Part shown: positions 41,199 through 49,314 of the stretch, piece after piece
How the letters are laid out: each line of letters opens with the position of its first letter
Numbering within the stretch: position 1 is the stretch's first letter
NCBI GenBank assembly: GCA_963772725.1
Contig: CAVYYI010000001.1
Span: forward strand, 1,216,001 to 1,280,000
DNA from: an uncultured Phycisphaerales bacterium
GTDB lineage: Bacteria > Planctomycetota > Phycisphaerae > Sedimentisphaerales > Anaerobacaceae
DNA: 64,000 nt
Direction: 5' to 3'
Program-made: the position numbers and the translations under genes
The notes under the pieces: generated by a model
Seen by the model: only the letters and a program-made list of their open reading frames with translations
What the model was told of the DNA's origin: nothing
Databases searched by the model: none

Positions 41199-41408
41199 TC
41201 ATATATGAAGCTTCATATTTCAAATATGAAGTTTCATCTGTCGAATATTAAGCTTCATTTTTCATATATGAAGTTTCATCTGTCGTATATGAAGCTTCAT
41301 AAGCCGTATATGAAGCTTGATATTTCGAATATGAAGCATCATCTGTCATATATTAAGCTTCATTTTTCATATATGAAGCTTCAAACATCGCATATTAAGC
41401 TTCAAAAT
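41199..41408. repeat. Ten 21-bp tandem units with palindromic core ATGAAGCTTCAT
   Basis: Units start at 41199, 41220, 41241 ... 41388; consensus TCRWATATKAAGYTTCATnnn. Confidence 0.95.
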
Positions 41409-41498
41409 TAAGTTTCAATATGAGTATTGAATAGTCCGCATAAATTTTTTATAATACCATCGAGACAGGCCACGTATGACGCTTTACAGGGACTGAAT

Positions 41499-42938
41499 AT
41501 GAAATTATTACGAATAGAATTCATAGCGACAGCCATAACAAGCCTGCTGATAACGCAGTTCTGCGGATGCACAAGCAAAGAGAAATATTACGACGATACC
41601 GCCAAAGCCAGAGATGCCGCGTACGAGAAGTGGAAAAATCGCAAGGAAAATCCGCAGGCCCAGGTATTAATCAGCGGGAAACTGAGTATCGAGGACTGCC
41701 TTAAACTGACGTTAGTAAATAATAAGACGCTGCAGCGCGTTTTAGAGGAAAAAACCATAGCCAAAGGCGAGGAGCTGAAATCCTATTCAGCTATGCTGCC
41801 GAGCGTAAATCTTACCGGCAATTACACCCGTAAAGACGAGCTCGATTCTTTAGGCGCTTTTACCCTGGGCAGTCTGGACAACTATTCGGTAGGTCTTAAC
41901 GTCAGCCAGCCTTTATTCGCGGGCGGTTCGATAATAGGAAGAATAAATTCCGCAAGACTGGCGTCTTTGCTTACAGACCAGGCTGTGCGGGCGGCGTTTG
42001 AGGACACAATTTACACCGCAAATCATCTTTACTACGATGTGCTTCTTAATCAGCGTCTCCTGGAAGTAGATGCCGACGCGATTCGCTCCGCAGAGGCGCA
42101 TCTTGACAGTGTCAGGCAGAAACGCCAGGCAGGCGCCGCATCCGATTTTGACGTTTTGCGGGCGGAGGTTGAGCTTTCCAATTTCAAAGCTGAGTATATC
42201 CAGAATAAAAACTGCATCAATATCGCAAAAACAAGTCTTCTTAAAACGATGGGAGTTTCGCAGGATAGCGTCATTTTGCTGACAGATGAGCTTATTTATA
42301 TCCCGTCCGATGTGAATATGGTGCTGGCGGTGGAGACGGCATATAAAAGCCGACCGGATTTATTTGGCAGACAATTCGATGTTACGCTTCAAAATGAACT
42401 GTTTAAAATCGCAAAGAGCAGATATTTTCCATCTTTATTCGGCAGCTTCGGCGATTTGGCATCCAGACCCGACCCTCGCGACCCTACGAAGATTGAATGG
42501 GGAAATTCATGGCAGGCCGGCCTGACGGCGACATTTCCATTATTCGACGGATTCACGCGAGAGGGTGACGTTATGCAGCAGAAGGCACGGATGAAACAGG
42601 CGAACATAAATCTGACCGACGCGGAAGAGACCGCGTTGTTCGAGCTGGCTGAAGCGCAGTTGAGCATTGAAAACGCGGCGGAATTTGTCGAATCCCAGAA
42701 GTTAAATCTCAGCCGCGCACAGGAAGGACTGCGCCTGGCGGAACTGGGTTACAAGGAAGGAATAAATACGCAGGTTGAAATGATTGACGCGCAGACGGCC
42801 TTGACAAAGGCAAAGGCGTTTTATTACCAGGCGATTTATTCGCACATTATCGGCAAGCTCAACTTGAAAAAAGCGATGGGCATTCTGGCGCCTTTTGAGC
42901 AACCGGTCCCCGCAGTCAGTCAGAAAACCGAAAAATAA
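41499..42938 (+). CDS. TolC-family outer membrane efflux protein (lipoprotein)
   Basis: Lipobox-like FCGC; two OEP repeats (SQPLFAGG, TFPLFDGF; DVLRAEVEL, EMIDAQ). Confidence 0.9.
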   Translation: MKLLRIEFIATAITSLLITQFCGCTSKEKYYDDTAKARDAAYEKWKNRKENPQAQVLISGKLSIEDCLKLTLVNNKTLQRVLEEKTIAKGEELKSYSAMLPSVNLTGNYTRKDELDSLGAFTLGSLDNYSVGLNVSQPLFAGGSIIGRINSARLASLLTDQAVRAAFEDTIYTANHLYYDVLLNQRLLEVDADAIRSAEAHLDSVRQKRQAGAASDFDVLRAEVELSNFKAEYIQNKNCINIAKTSLLKTMGVSQDSVILLTDELIYIPSDVNMVLAVETAYKSRPDLFGRQFDVTLQNELFKIAKSRYFPSLFGSFGDLASRPDPRDPTKIEWGNSWQAGLTATFPLFDGFTREGDVMQQKARMKQANINLTDAEETALFELAEAQLSIENAAEFVESQKLNLSRAQEGLRLAELGYKEGINTQVEMIDAQTALTKAKAFYYQAIYSHIIGKLNLKKAMGILAPFEQPVPAVSQKTEK

Positions 42939-42977
42939 AGACGTAAAAACCTTTATCAAAAAGCGAGTGGAGGATAT

Positions 42978-43757
42978 ATGGAAACTTTTGTAAAACCAAA
43001 GGTTGAAACCTTCAGCGATTTAAGCAGCCTGTCACAGCAATGCGTTGCGTATTTTGTCAATTACGCTGAAGAGGCCATAAAAACCAATAACGTGTTTTAC
43101 GCGGCGGTATCCGGGGGCAAAACTCCGAAACATTTTTTTGAGCTGTTAGCGGAATCTCCGAAAGCCAAATCTATCAAGTGGGAGAAAGTGCATTTGTTCT
43201 GGGTTGATGAGCGATACGTCTCAGCGGATTCGCAATACAGCAATTACAGGCTGGCATCTGAAAGTTTTATTTCAAAGGTCGCGATACCAAGCAGCAATAT
43301 ACACAAAATCGGGACGGGGTATCACGACATCGCGCTGGCGGCACAAAAATACGAAGAGGAAATGCTCAGTGTATTCGGCCTGAAAAAAGGTGAGATTCCG
43401 CGATTTGATTTGATTGTGCTGGGGATGGGCTCCGACGGTCATACGGCTTCATTGTTTCCGGGATGGAAGGCATCCGGCAAGATAAAAGGGTTAGCATGCG
43501 CGGTTCATGTAAATAATATGCCGGGCAGGATAACGCTGACACCGGCGGTTTTACGTGCGGCTAATCATCTTCTTGTCCTGGTAAGCGGGGGGGAAAAGGC
43601 TGAAATCCTGAAAAAGGTCATGACCTGTGAACCGAATGAGGATAAATACCCGATTCAGATTCTTATGCCGGTGATGGATAAAGTTACGTGGCTTATTGAC
43701 AGTCAAGCCGCTAAGGAAATCACCCATATTAATTTGCAGCAGCACGCGCCGGCATAG
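42978..43757 (+). CDS. pgl: 6-phosphogluconolactonase
   Basis: SGGKTP, FWVDERYV, LGMGSDGHTASLFP, RITLT. Confidence 0.94.
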   Translation: METFVKPKVETFSDLSSLSQQCVAYFVNYAEEAIKTNNVFYAAVSGGKTPKHFFELLAESPKAKSIKWEKVHLFWVDERYVSADSQYSNYRLASESFISKVAIPSSNIHKIGTGYHDIALAAQKYEEEMLSVFGLKKGEIPRFDLIVLGMGSDGHTASLFPGWKASGKIKGLACAVHVNNMPGRITLTPAVLRAANHLLVLVSGGEKAEILKKVMTCEPNEDKYPIQILMPVMDKVTWLIDSQAAKEITHINLQQHAPA

Positions 43758-43938
43758 AAACTATATATTCCGTCAAACCTGTCCTGTTATTTGACAAAAA
43801 ACATAATAATTACGACGACAGCCCCTATACCAAGGATAATCGACATCAAAATTAGTTCAAATCTACTCATATTGCTTGCTCTTTTGCTTCAAGACTCCGC
43901 AATTCTAAAGCACATTTTGGCCGACTACAATATCAGTC

Positions 43939-43966
43939 AAATAGCCCCAAGGGGATTCGAACCCCT
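43939..43966. repeat. Distal att site (duplicated tRNA-Glu 3' end)
   Basis: Identical to 50617-50644; covers the T-arm and acceptor 3' strand. Confidence 0.96.
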
Positions 43967-44165
43967 TGAGGAAAAATCATATCCACTTACAGATAAAGGA
44001 CTTACAGAAAACCAAAATCCTGTCTTGTCCACCAGCTTGGACATTTTATTGCAAAAAGACCCCGAACTCAAGCAGATAATTCAAGTTTGGCCGAACCTGC
44101 CGGAACATATCAAAGCCGCTATCAAGGCTTTAACTCAAACGCATATTGGGGAGAAAAACAAATGA
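43941..44165 (+). other. Detached C-terminal tail of the integrase (in frame with int across attP)
   Basis: IAPRGFEPL then EEKSY...DPELKQIIQVWPNLPEHIKAAIKAL...*; same codon phase as int over the att repeat. Confidence 0.85.
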
Positions 44166-44457
44166 GAGATTTTAGCAGGCGAATAAACACTGTCGAAAAA
44201 CAATTAAACTTTGGACGGCACACAAAGCATATTCTGATTCTGCCGCCTCTTATTACTTCGATTTCCGGCAGAACCTTAACGGCTGAAGATGAACAAAAGC
44301 TGGGAGCAATAGAAAGCTGGATTACTTACCAAGAGCAATTACAAGCACAGGAAAAGGCCAATGCCGAGATTCTAAAGAACAATCCAGACTGTATTGGATG
44401 CCCATAATAATCGACCTGAATGTTGATAAGGAATATAAAGCAAGAGCAAGCCAATGA
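44162..44457 (+). CDS. Small hypothetical protein, RIE-motif paralogue 1 (probable frameshift near 44398)
   Basis: MRDFSRRINTVEKQLN; ATGA overlap with the int tail; alternative frame PIIIDLNVDKEYKARASQ* overlaps the next ATG. Confidence 0.65.
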
Positions 44458-44645
44458 ATAGCGGTATAAAGAAACGGATTGAGAAAATCGAGGACAAACT
44501 CAATATGGGCAAAGAGCCGCCCGTTATTTTTGAATATACCGCTGAAAACGGTATTGAACAAAAAATAGAAATGCCTTCGGACGATTTTGATAAATTGCTG
44601 AAAGAGATACAAAGCGAATCTAAAGGGCTGCCAATTAAGGAATGA
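44454..44645 (+). CDS. Small hypothetical protein, RIE-motif paralogue 2
   Basis: MNSGIKKRIEKIEDKLN; ATGA overlap with the next gene. Confidence 0.75.
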   Translation: MNSGIKKRIEKIEDKLNMGKEPPVIFEYTAENGIEQKIEMPSDDFDKLLKEIQSESKGLPIKE

Positions 44646-44845
44646 CAATGAATATAAATATGAAAAAACGAATTGAGCGAATTGAAAGCAAACTTAATAC
44701 GGATAGGCGGAACTCTAAGATTTTGTTTTGCGGAAACGAGGAAATCCCGCCGGAGTCTCGACACATACTCCGTGTAATCGGCCTTGAACCGATAGAAGTC
44801 CACAGGCCGGACGGAAGAACAAACAAAATTTTTCTTGAAAGTTAG
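44642..44845 (+). CDS. Small hypothetical protein, RIE-motif paralogue 3
   Basis: MKKRIERIESKLN. Confidence 0.75.
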   Translation: MTMNINMKKRIERIESKLNTDRRNSKILFCGNEEIPPESRHILRVIGLEPIEVHRPDGRTNKIFLES

Positions 44846-44849
44846 TGAT

Positions 44850-45257
44850 ATGCCGACAGAAACCAACAAAAAGCAACAGATTAACGAAAAGTCTGAACTT
44901 ACTCCGCGTCAGCTAAAGGCAATCCCCCTTATTGTGGCAGGCAATACCTGTACAGAGGGTATTGAAAAGGCCAAAATCAACCGCACAACCTTTTACAAAT
45001 GGCTAAAACAGCCGGAGTTTAAGGCGGAACTCGACAGGCAGCGGAACGAAATCGCCGATGAAGCCTTCAGGGTATTGGAGAACAACTTATCAAAGGCCGT
45101 AACCGCTTTAACTGGCCTTCTGGACACACAGGACAACCGCTTGAAACGTCTTGTATGCAATGATATTATCGAGCATATACTACAGCGCAAAGAGAACGAA
45201 GACATCAACGAACGATTGACAGCAATAGAACAGCGGTTAGACGAAAGGCGAAATTAG
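44850..45257 (+). CDS. phBC6A51-like HTH protein (small-terminase-like)
   Basis: LTPRQLKAI..AKINRTTFYKWLKQPEFKAEL; C-terminal INERLTAIEQRL. Confidence 0.7.
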   Translation: MPTETNKKQQINEKSELTPRQLKAIPLIVAGNTCTEGIEKAKINRTTFYKWLKQPEFKAELDRQRNEIADEAFRVLENNLSKAVTALTGLLDTQDNRLKRLVCNDIIEHILQRKENEDINERLTAIEQRLDERRN

Positions 45258-45847
45258 CGTTTCCTTCTCAGCATCACCACACCCAGGCTGAACAGCAAAA
45301 ACGTCGCGGGTTCGGGAACATTTACAAATTCAATTCTTGCGTTATAGAAAACGGCAGCATTAATATCGATTAAAGTACCATCGGATAATATTCCCGTTAA
45401 TTGATGTCTTGGTTCGCTGGGGACATTTGCTTGATTGTGAGTCGTGCTATACAACGGAGTTTGTGCTGGCAAGCCATCAATATTAAAATTGCTCCCATAG
45501 AGCGTTATAACACTTGTTCCAAAAGCTAATAAATCGTCATCTACGAAATCAGGATTGGTGTAAATATCGAAACCTGGCAACCCACCATAAATATTGATTC
45601 GCACTGAGTTCAACGCCCATATACCACTTTCAATTTTGCCGCCATATATATTAATGGTCGCTCTGTCATAAGTATTTATTTCAATGCATTCAGCGTTATC
45701 AAAAAAATTGAGCTTGGTATTATGGGAAACAGAAATGTAACCATCCACAAAATAATCTACATTATGTGTACCGTTATCATCTAAATATAAACTGGCATCG
45801 GAACTTGCTGACAGAAAGAGCATTAAGCAAAAAACCATTTTGTTCAT
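45254..45847 (-). CDS. PEP-CTERM sorting domain protein
   Basis: Signal peptide, INIYGG repeats, C-terminal VPEPATFLLFSLGVVMLRRKR; GAGG RBS. Confidence 0.92.
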   Translation of the reverse strand: MNKMVFCLMLFLSASSDASLYLDDNGTHNVDYFVDGYISVSHNTKLNFFDNAECIEINTYDRATINIYGGKIESGIWALNSVRINIYGGLPGFDIYTNPDFVDDDLLAFGTSVITLYGSNFNIDGLPAQTPLYSTTHNQANVPSEPRHQLTGILSDGTLIDINAAVFYNARIEFVNVPEPATFLLFSLGVVMLRRKR

Positions 45848-46193
45848 TTTTTCACCTCTTAAAAATTATTGATATTTAAGCGTGCCTATGGCACATAAAT
45901 TGCGATATACCGATAAATTGGTTTACGGAATTGTCCCTACTCCGCATCTCACAACACCTTAATTATTACTTTGTTCGCTAAAGTTGAATAAATTATACGC
46001 CTTTTAAGCAGAAATACAAGGAAAAAATGGCAAGGGCAGAAAGTTGCTTTTTATAGCATTTTCTGCTAATATAGCGGCAATATTAAGAATTAAGTCGGGA
46101 CGGCAGGCCGTACACCTGCTAAGCGGTTTGGGGTTAGTGCTGTACACCTGTCCGGCATTGACCCTCAACCGACCCGAAAAGGACAGGTTAAAA

Positions 46194-47498
46194 ATGCCAA
46201 GTTTAAATAAATCGCAAAAGTATCTTATTGCTCATATCAAAAAATATGAAAATATTATAACAAAAATTAGCAACGGTATAACAGACTATCGGCTTCATTT
46301 CGGCAATCCTTATATTATAAAAAAAGCAGAAAAGAACTGGCTGACTTTTGAGTTTTATCCATTACTGGAAAGTAATATTGATATATTTCTCTCGCCTGAA
46401 CAGGCAAACTATTTTAAGGAAATAATAAAGGATGCTCATACAGTTTTAGCGAAGTTATCGAATAAATATAATTATACGCCATATAGGTGCTACTCTCTTG
46501 CTTCACAGGATATAAAAAAGCTTGCGGATGCTTCAGTCGTATCTGAAAAGATTATTCAATCTTTCAAAAAACAACCTTCTCTTATGGCTAACATTCAAAA
46601 ACGTGAGGAATTAGAAGAAAAACTTATAAATTCGGGCTATAGCGAACTGGAAATTGCAAAATTGAGCAGTTACGCTGAAATAGATGCGGCAATAGAAAGC
46701 CCCCAAACCAAAGAAAGACAGGAAGAGATGGACAATTCCGAACTCCTGATTCAGCTTGCTGAAAAGCTACGAGCAATCTATGAGCCTTATGTGGACGTAA
46801 TCGGTCAAGACTTTGAATCTTGGGAAGATGTTTTCGATAAGTGCGGCACGGCACTTAAACAATGCTTGCGTGAAGTTGAAGATGCGATTTCGCTAATAAG
46901 CAATGTACAATATGAGAAAAACAAGGAACTTTTACTGTGTCTCATACAGGTAAGGAATAAAATGACAGAAGCTTTCCAAGAAGCTAAGTCGAACAGGGCT
47001 TTCAATCCGAAAAATTTAGGATTTGAAAATGAGATAGAAAGTGCAATAGAAATAATTGATGACATTCTTGGTCGTATTGATGAGCCTAAACTTACAAAAT
47101 TTGCAGACGAATTGGAAGCCATAGGTAGGATTGAACGAGCTAACCAGCAGACAGCAGAAGAACTTAACAGTGGAGACAGCAGGAAAAACAAAAACCTTAA
47201 AAAACCTGATATTCCACAAGACATTGTAAAAACACAAGCAACCAAAACGCCAAAGCCTGTGGTTGTATTAGATGGTAAAGACCGAAAAATTTTATCAGCA
47301 CTTGAAAAGTATAACCAATTAGTAAATCAAGTTGACCTTGAAAGTGATTCTTCAATAGGATTAAGTCGCAAGACTATCGGCAAGAGATTACTACTTCTTC
47401 ATAAAGCGGATTACATCTGTTATCCTAAAGGGGAAAATGGGGGCATATCAATAACAAATTTAGGGAAAGAGGTTTTAAAACCACAAAAGACATCTTAA
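46194..47498 (+). CDS. Hypothetical AT-rich protein with C-terminal winged HTH
   Basis: LDGKDRKILSAL..LSRKTIGKRLLLL..GGISITNLGKE; start set at ATG 46194 after AAGGA. Confidence 0.7.
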   Translation: MPSLNKSQKYLIAHIKKYENIITKISNGITDYRLHFGNPYIIKKAEKNWLTFEFYPLLESNIDIFLSPEQANYFKEIIKDAHTVLAKLSNKYNYTPYRCYSLASQDIKKLADASVVSEKIIQSFKKQPSLMANIQKREELEEKLINSGYSELEIAKLSSYAEIDAAIESPQTKERQEEMDNSELLIQLAEKLRAIYEPYVDVIGQDFESWEDVFDKCGTALKQCLREVEDAISLISNVQYEKNKELLLCLIQVRNKMTEAFQEAKSNRAFNPKNLGFENEIESAIEIIDDILGRIDEPKLTKFADELEAIGRIERANQQTAEELNSGDSRKNKNLKKPDIPQDIVKTQATKTPKPVVVLDGKDRKILSALEKYNQLVNQVDLESDSSIGLSRKTIGKRLLLLHKADYICYPKGENGGISITNLGKEVLKPQKTS

Positions 47499-47505
47499 AA
47501 TACTC

Positions 47506-47541
47506 TTCCCATAAACTACCCAAACATTTCCCATAAACTAC
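47506..47541. promoter_or_regulatory. Direct repeat TTCCCATAAACTAC x2 (22-bp period), putative operator
   Basis: 47506-519 and 47528-541, upstream of the xis/alpA-like operon. Confidence 0.65.
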
Positions 47542-47579
47542 GCACGCGCTATTTTTCATAGTGCTATATTTACGGCATT

Positions 47580-47780
47580 ATGAAAGATACAACGCCGAAA
47601 TTATTGATTACGGGACAAATGGCACGGCAATTACGTGTGCCTGTAAAATGGCTAAAAGCTCAAGCAGAGGCAGGAAAAATACCGCACCTCAAAGCCGACC
47701 GCGTATTTCTTTTCAATCCTGACGTTGTAGAGCAATTGCTTATCGAGCGGGCAAGCAAAGGGGGGCAAAATGCCCACTGA
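47580..47780 (+). CDS. Excisionase-like HTH protein
   Basis: QMARQLRVPVKWLKAQAEAGKIPHLK..FLFNPDVVE. Confidence 0.75.
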   Translation: MKDTTPKLLITGQMARQLRVPVKWLKAQAEAGKIPHLKADRVFLFNPDVVEQLLIERASKGGQNAH

Positions 47781-48018
47781 AACTATCCCCGCTAAAATTG
47801 AACCCGCCCTGCTTACAATTGAGCAGGTCTGCCAGCTATTAAACATATCCCGCGCAGAGTTTTATCGCTTGGATGCTACGGGGAAATTTGCCCCCCTGCC
47901 GGTGGGATTATGTGCTAAGCGGCTATATGTACGCACTGAAATAGAAGATTGGATAAGAAGCGGGCTACCGCATAGAAAAATATGGCAAACAATTAAAAAT
48001 AAAGGGGCAAAACAATGA
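47770..48018 (+). CDS. AlpA-like regulator
   Basis: LLTIEQVCQLLNISRAEFYRL..GKFAP..EIEDWI. Confidence 0.8.
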   Translation: MPTETIPAKIEPALLTIEQVCQLLNISRAEFYRLDATGKFAPLPVGLCAKRLYVRTEIEDWIRSGLPHRKIWQTIKNKGAKQ

Positions 48019-48242
48019 TTGCAGAAAAAGAAAAGGCCACTGCGTCAACAGCGGCCAAAGACAACAAACTACAATACAAATCATATCGCAGGACTGCGCC
48101 ACTGTCAAGTCTGAAAACGCAAATCGGTGAACTGCTATTTGCATTGCTTACAGGAAACAAGAAGCCGGACGGCTGGCAGCGATTCGACCGGCTCTTACAT
48201 AGATTTTATCAGCAGAACTCAAGACAAAGGGGCATCGAGTAA
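48015..48242 (+). CDS. Small hypothetical protein
   Basis: ATGA-coupled to the alpA-like gene. Confidence 0.55.
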   Translation: MIAEKEKATASTAAKDNKLQYKSYRRTAPLSSLKTQIGELLFALLTGNKKPDGWQRFDRLLHRFYQQNSRQRGIE

Positions 48243-48246
48243 GGTT

Positions 48247-48804
48247 ATGGAAGAACAAAACAGAAAACCTTATTGGGTTTACGAGACTACCGTCCAGCAA
48301 AACGACAGGCTTGTTATGAGTAAAAAGTTTATCCACTCGAAGCCATTCGTTAAATTAACCGGCGCCGCCAAACAAATACTGATTGAATTGTATATGCGAT
48401 TGAAGCTGGAAAGTTATGAACCCAAAAGAAATCGCAGAAGCGATAAACAGTTTTTTGCCAGCAATAACGGCAAACTTGTTTTGACGTATAGCGGGCTTCA
48501 TAAACAATTTGGATATTCGACCGCTACCATAAGCAAAGCAATAGACCAGCTTGCGGCAAAAGGGTTTATTGAAATTGTGCAGCTTGGCTGCGGAGTTAAA
48601 AGGCAATCGCATAAAATCGCTTTGATAAATAACTGGCAAGACTACGGAACTGAAAAATTTGCAGCAGGCAAAGGCAAAGCAGATGAACCAGTGAACGGCG
48701 GGTTCAAGAAGCGGAAAAATTTACAAACAACTTCAGATACTAAAGCAGGTATAACTTCAGAAACTAAAGCTGTTCGGGAACAAAACTATCAAGAATCAGG
48801 CTAA
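48247..48804 (+). CDS. Putative replication initiator (winged HTH)
   Basis: FVKLTGAAKQIL..YSTATISKAIDQLAAKGFIEIV; iterons at the 3' end. Confidence 0.65.
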   Translation: MEEQNRKPYWVYETTVQQNDRLVMSKKFIHSKPFVKLTGAAKQILIELYMRLKLESYEPKRNRRSDKQFFASNNGKLVLTYSGLHKQFGYSTATISKAIDQLAAKGFIEIVQLGCGVKRQSHKIALINNWQDYGTEKFAAGKGKADEPVNGGFKKRKNLQTTSDTKAGITSETKAVREQNYQESG

Positions 48805-48857
48805 CAACTTCAGAAACTAAAGCAGTGGAGCGGCTTTACCGCTTTAGAAACTAAAGT
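48729..48857. repeat. Four iteron-like 18-bp repeats AACTTCAGAAACTAAAGC (putative ori)
   Basis: 48729, 48753, 48806 and degenerate 48840, followed by an AT-rich stretch. Confidence 0.8.
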
Positions 48858-49110
48858 ATTTTATAATAAGCCACTCCCTGTGGTTTAAGATTATGATGTA
48901 AAGGTTATTGATGATGTTAAGGAAATAAATTAAAAATGCGAATGCTATTTTTTAAACAGAGAAAAGAAAAATCAGTTGTTACGAATGAGAGAGCGCAGCG
49001 AAGCATTAAAGAGAGCAAAGCAAGCGAACGAATGAGTATGATTTTTATTTTGAGAAAAAATATTTTTATTTTTTGCTTGACGAATGTAAAGTATGATGTA
49101 TAATTTAAGT

Positions 49111-49314
49111 ATGATAATCGAACTGATAAAAAAACAAATCAAAGCCTGCGGCAAAAGCAGGTATCAAATCAGCCTTGATACTGGTGTTGAGCAGGCTGTT
49201 CTTTGCAGGATTATGCAAGGCGGAAGCTGCAAGGTCGAAACCGCTGATATTTTGTTGGATTACTTTGGGTTTACAATCACTAAAAAGCCAAAGAAAAGGC
49301 AGGTGAAAAAATGA
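49111..49314 (+). CDS. Small XRE-like HTH regulator
   Basis: GKSRYQISLDTGVEQAVLCRIM..VETADILLDYFG; ATGA overlap with int. Confidence 0.8.
   Translation: MIIELIKKQIKACGKSRYQISLDTGVEQAVLCRIMQGGSCKVETADILLDYFGFTITKKPKKRQVKK

Noticed and set aside
41199..41408. CRISPR array
   Set aside because: 21-bp period with no unique spacers and no cas genes in the window.
41112..41411. 99-aa heptad-repeat protein
   Set aside because: Its start lies inside the IS982 end, so the ORF is an IS/repeat chimera; openness can follow from the 21-bp period. Kept only as an alternative explanation.
43730..43870. Small minus-strand membrane peptide (MSRFELILMSIILGIGAVVVIIMFL...)
   Set aside because: Plausible ORF of about 46 aa, but it overlaps the pgl end and has no recognisable family; support is too weak to list as a feature.
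43939..43966. Second tRNA-Glu gene
   Set aside because: Only the T-arm and acceptor 3' strand are present; this is the att duplication.
43791..44165. Independent 124-aa gene
   Set aside because: It spans the host/element junction with a TTG start and no clear RBS; the 3' part is better explained as the detached integrase tail.
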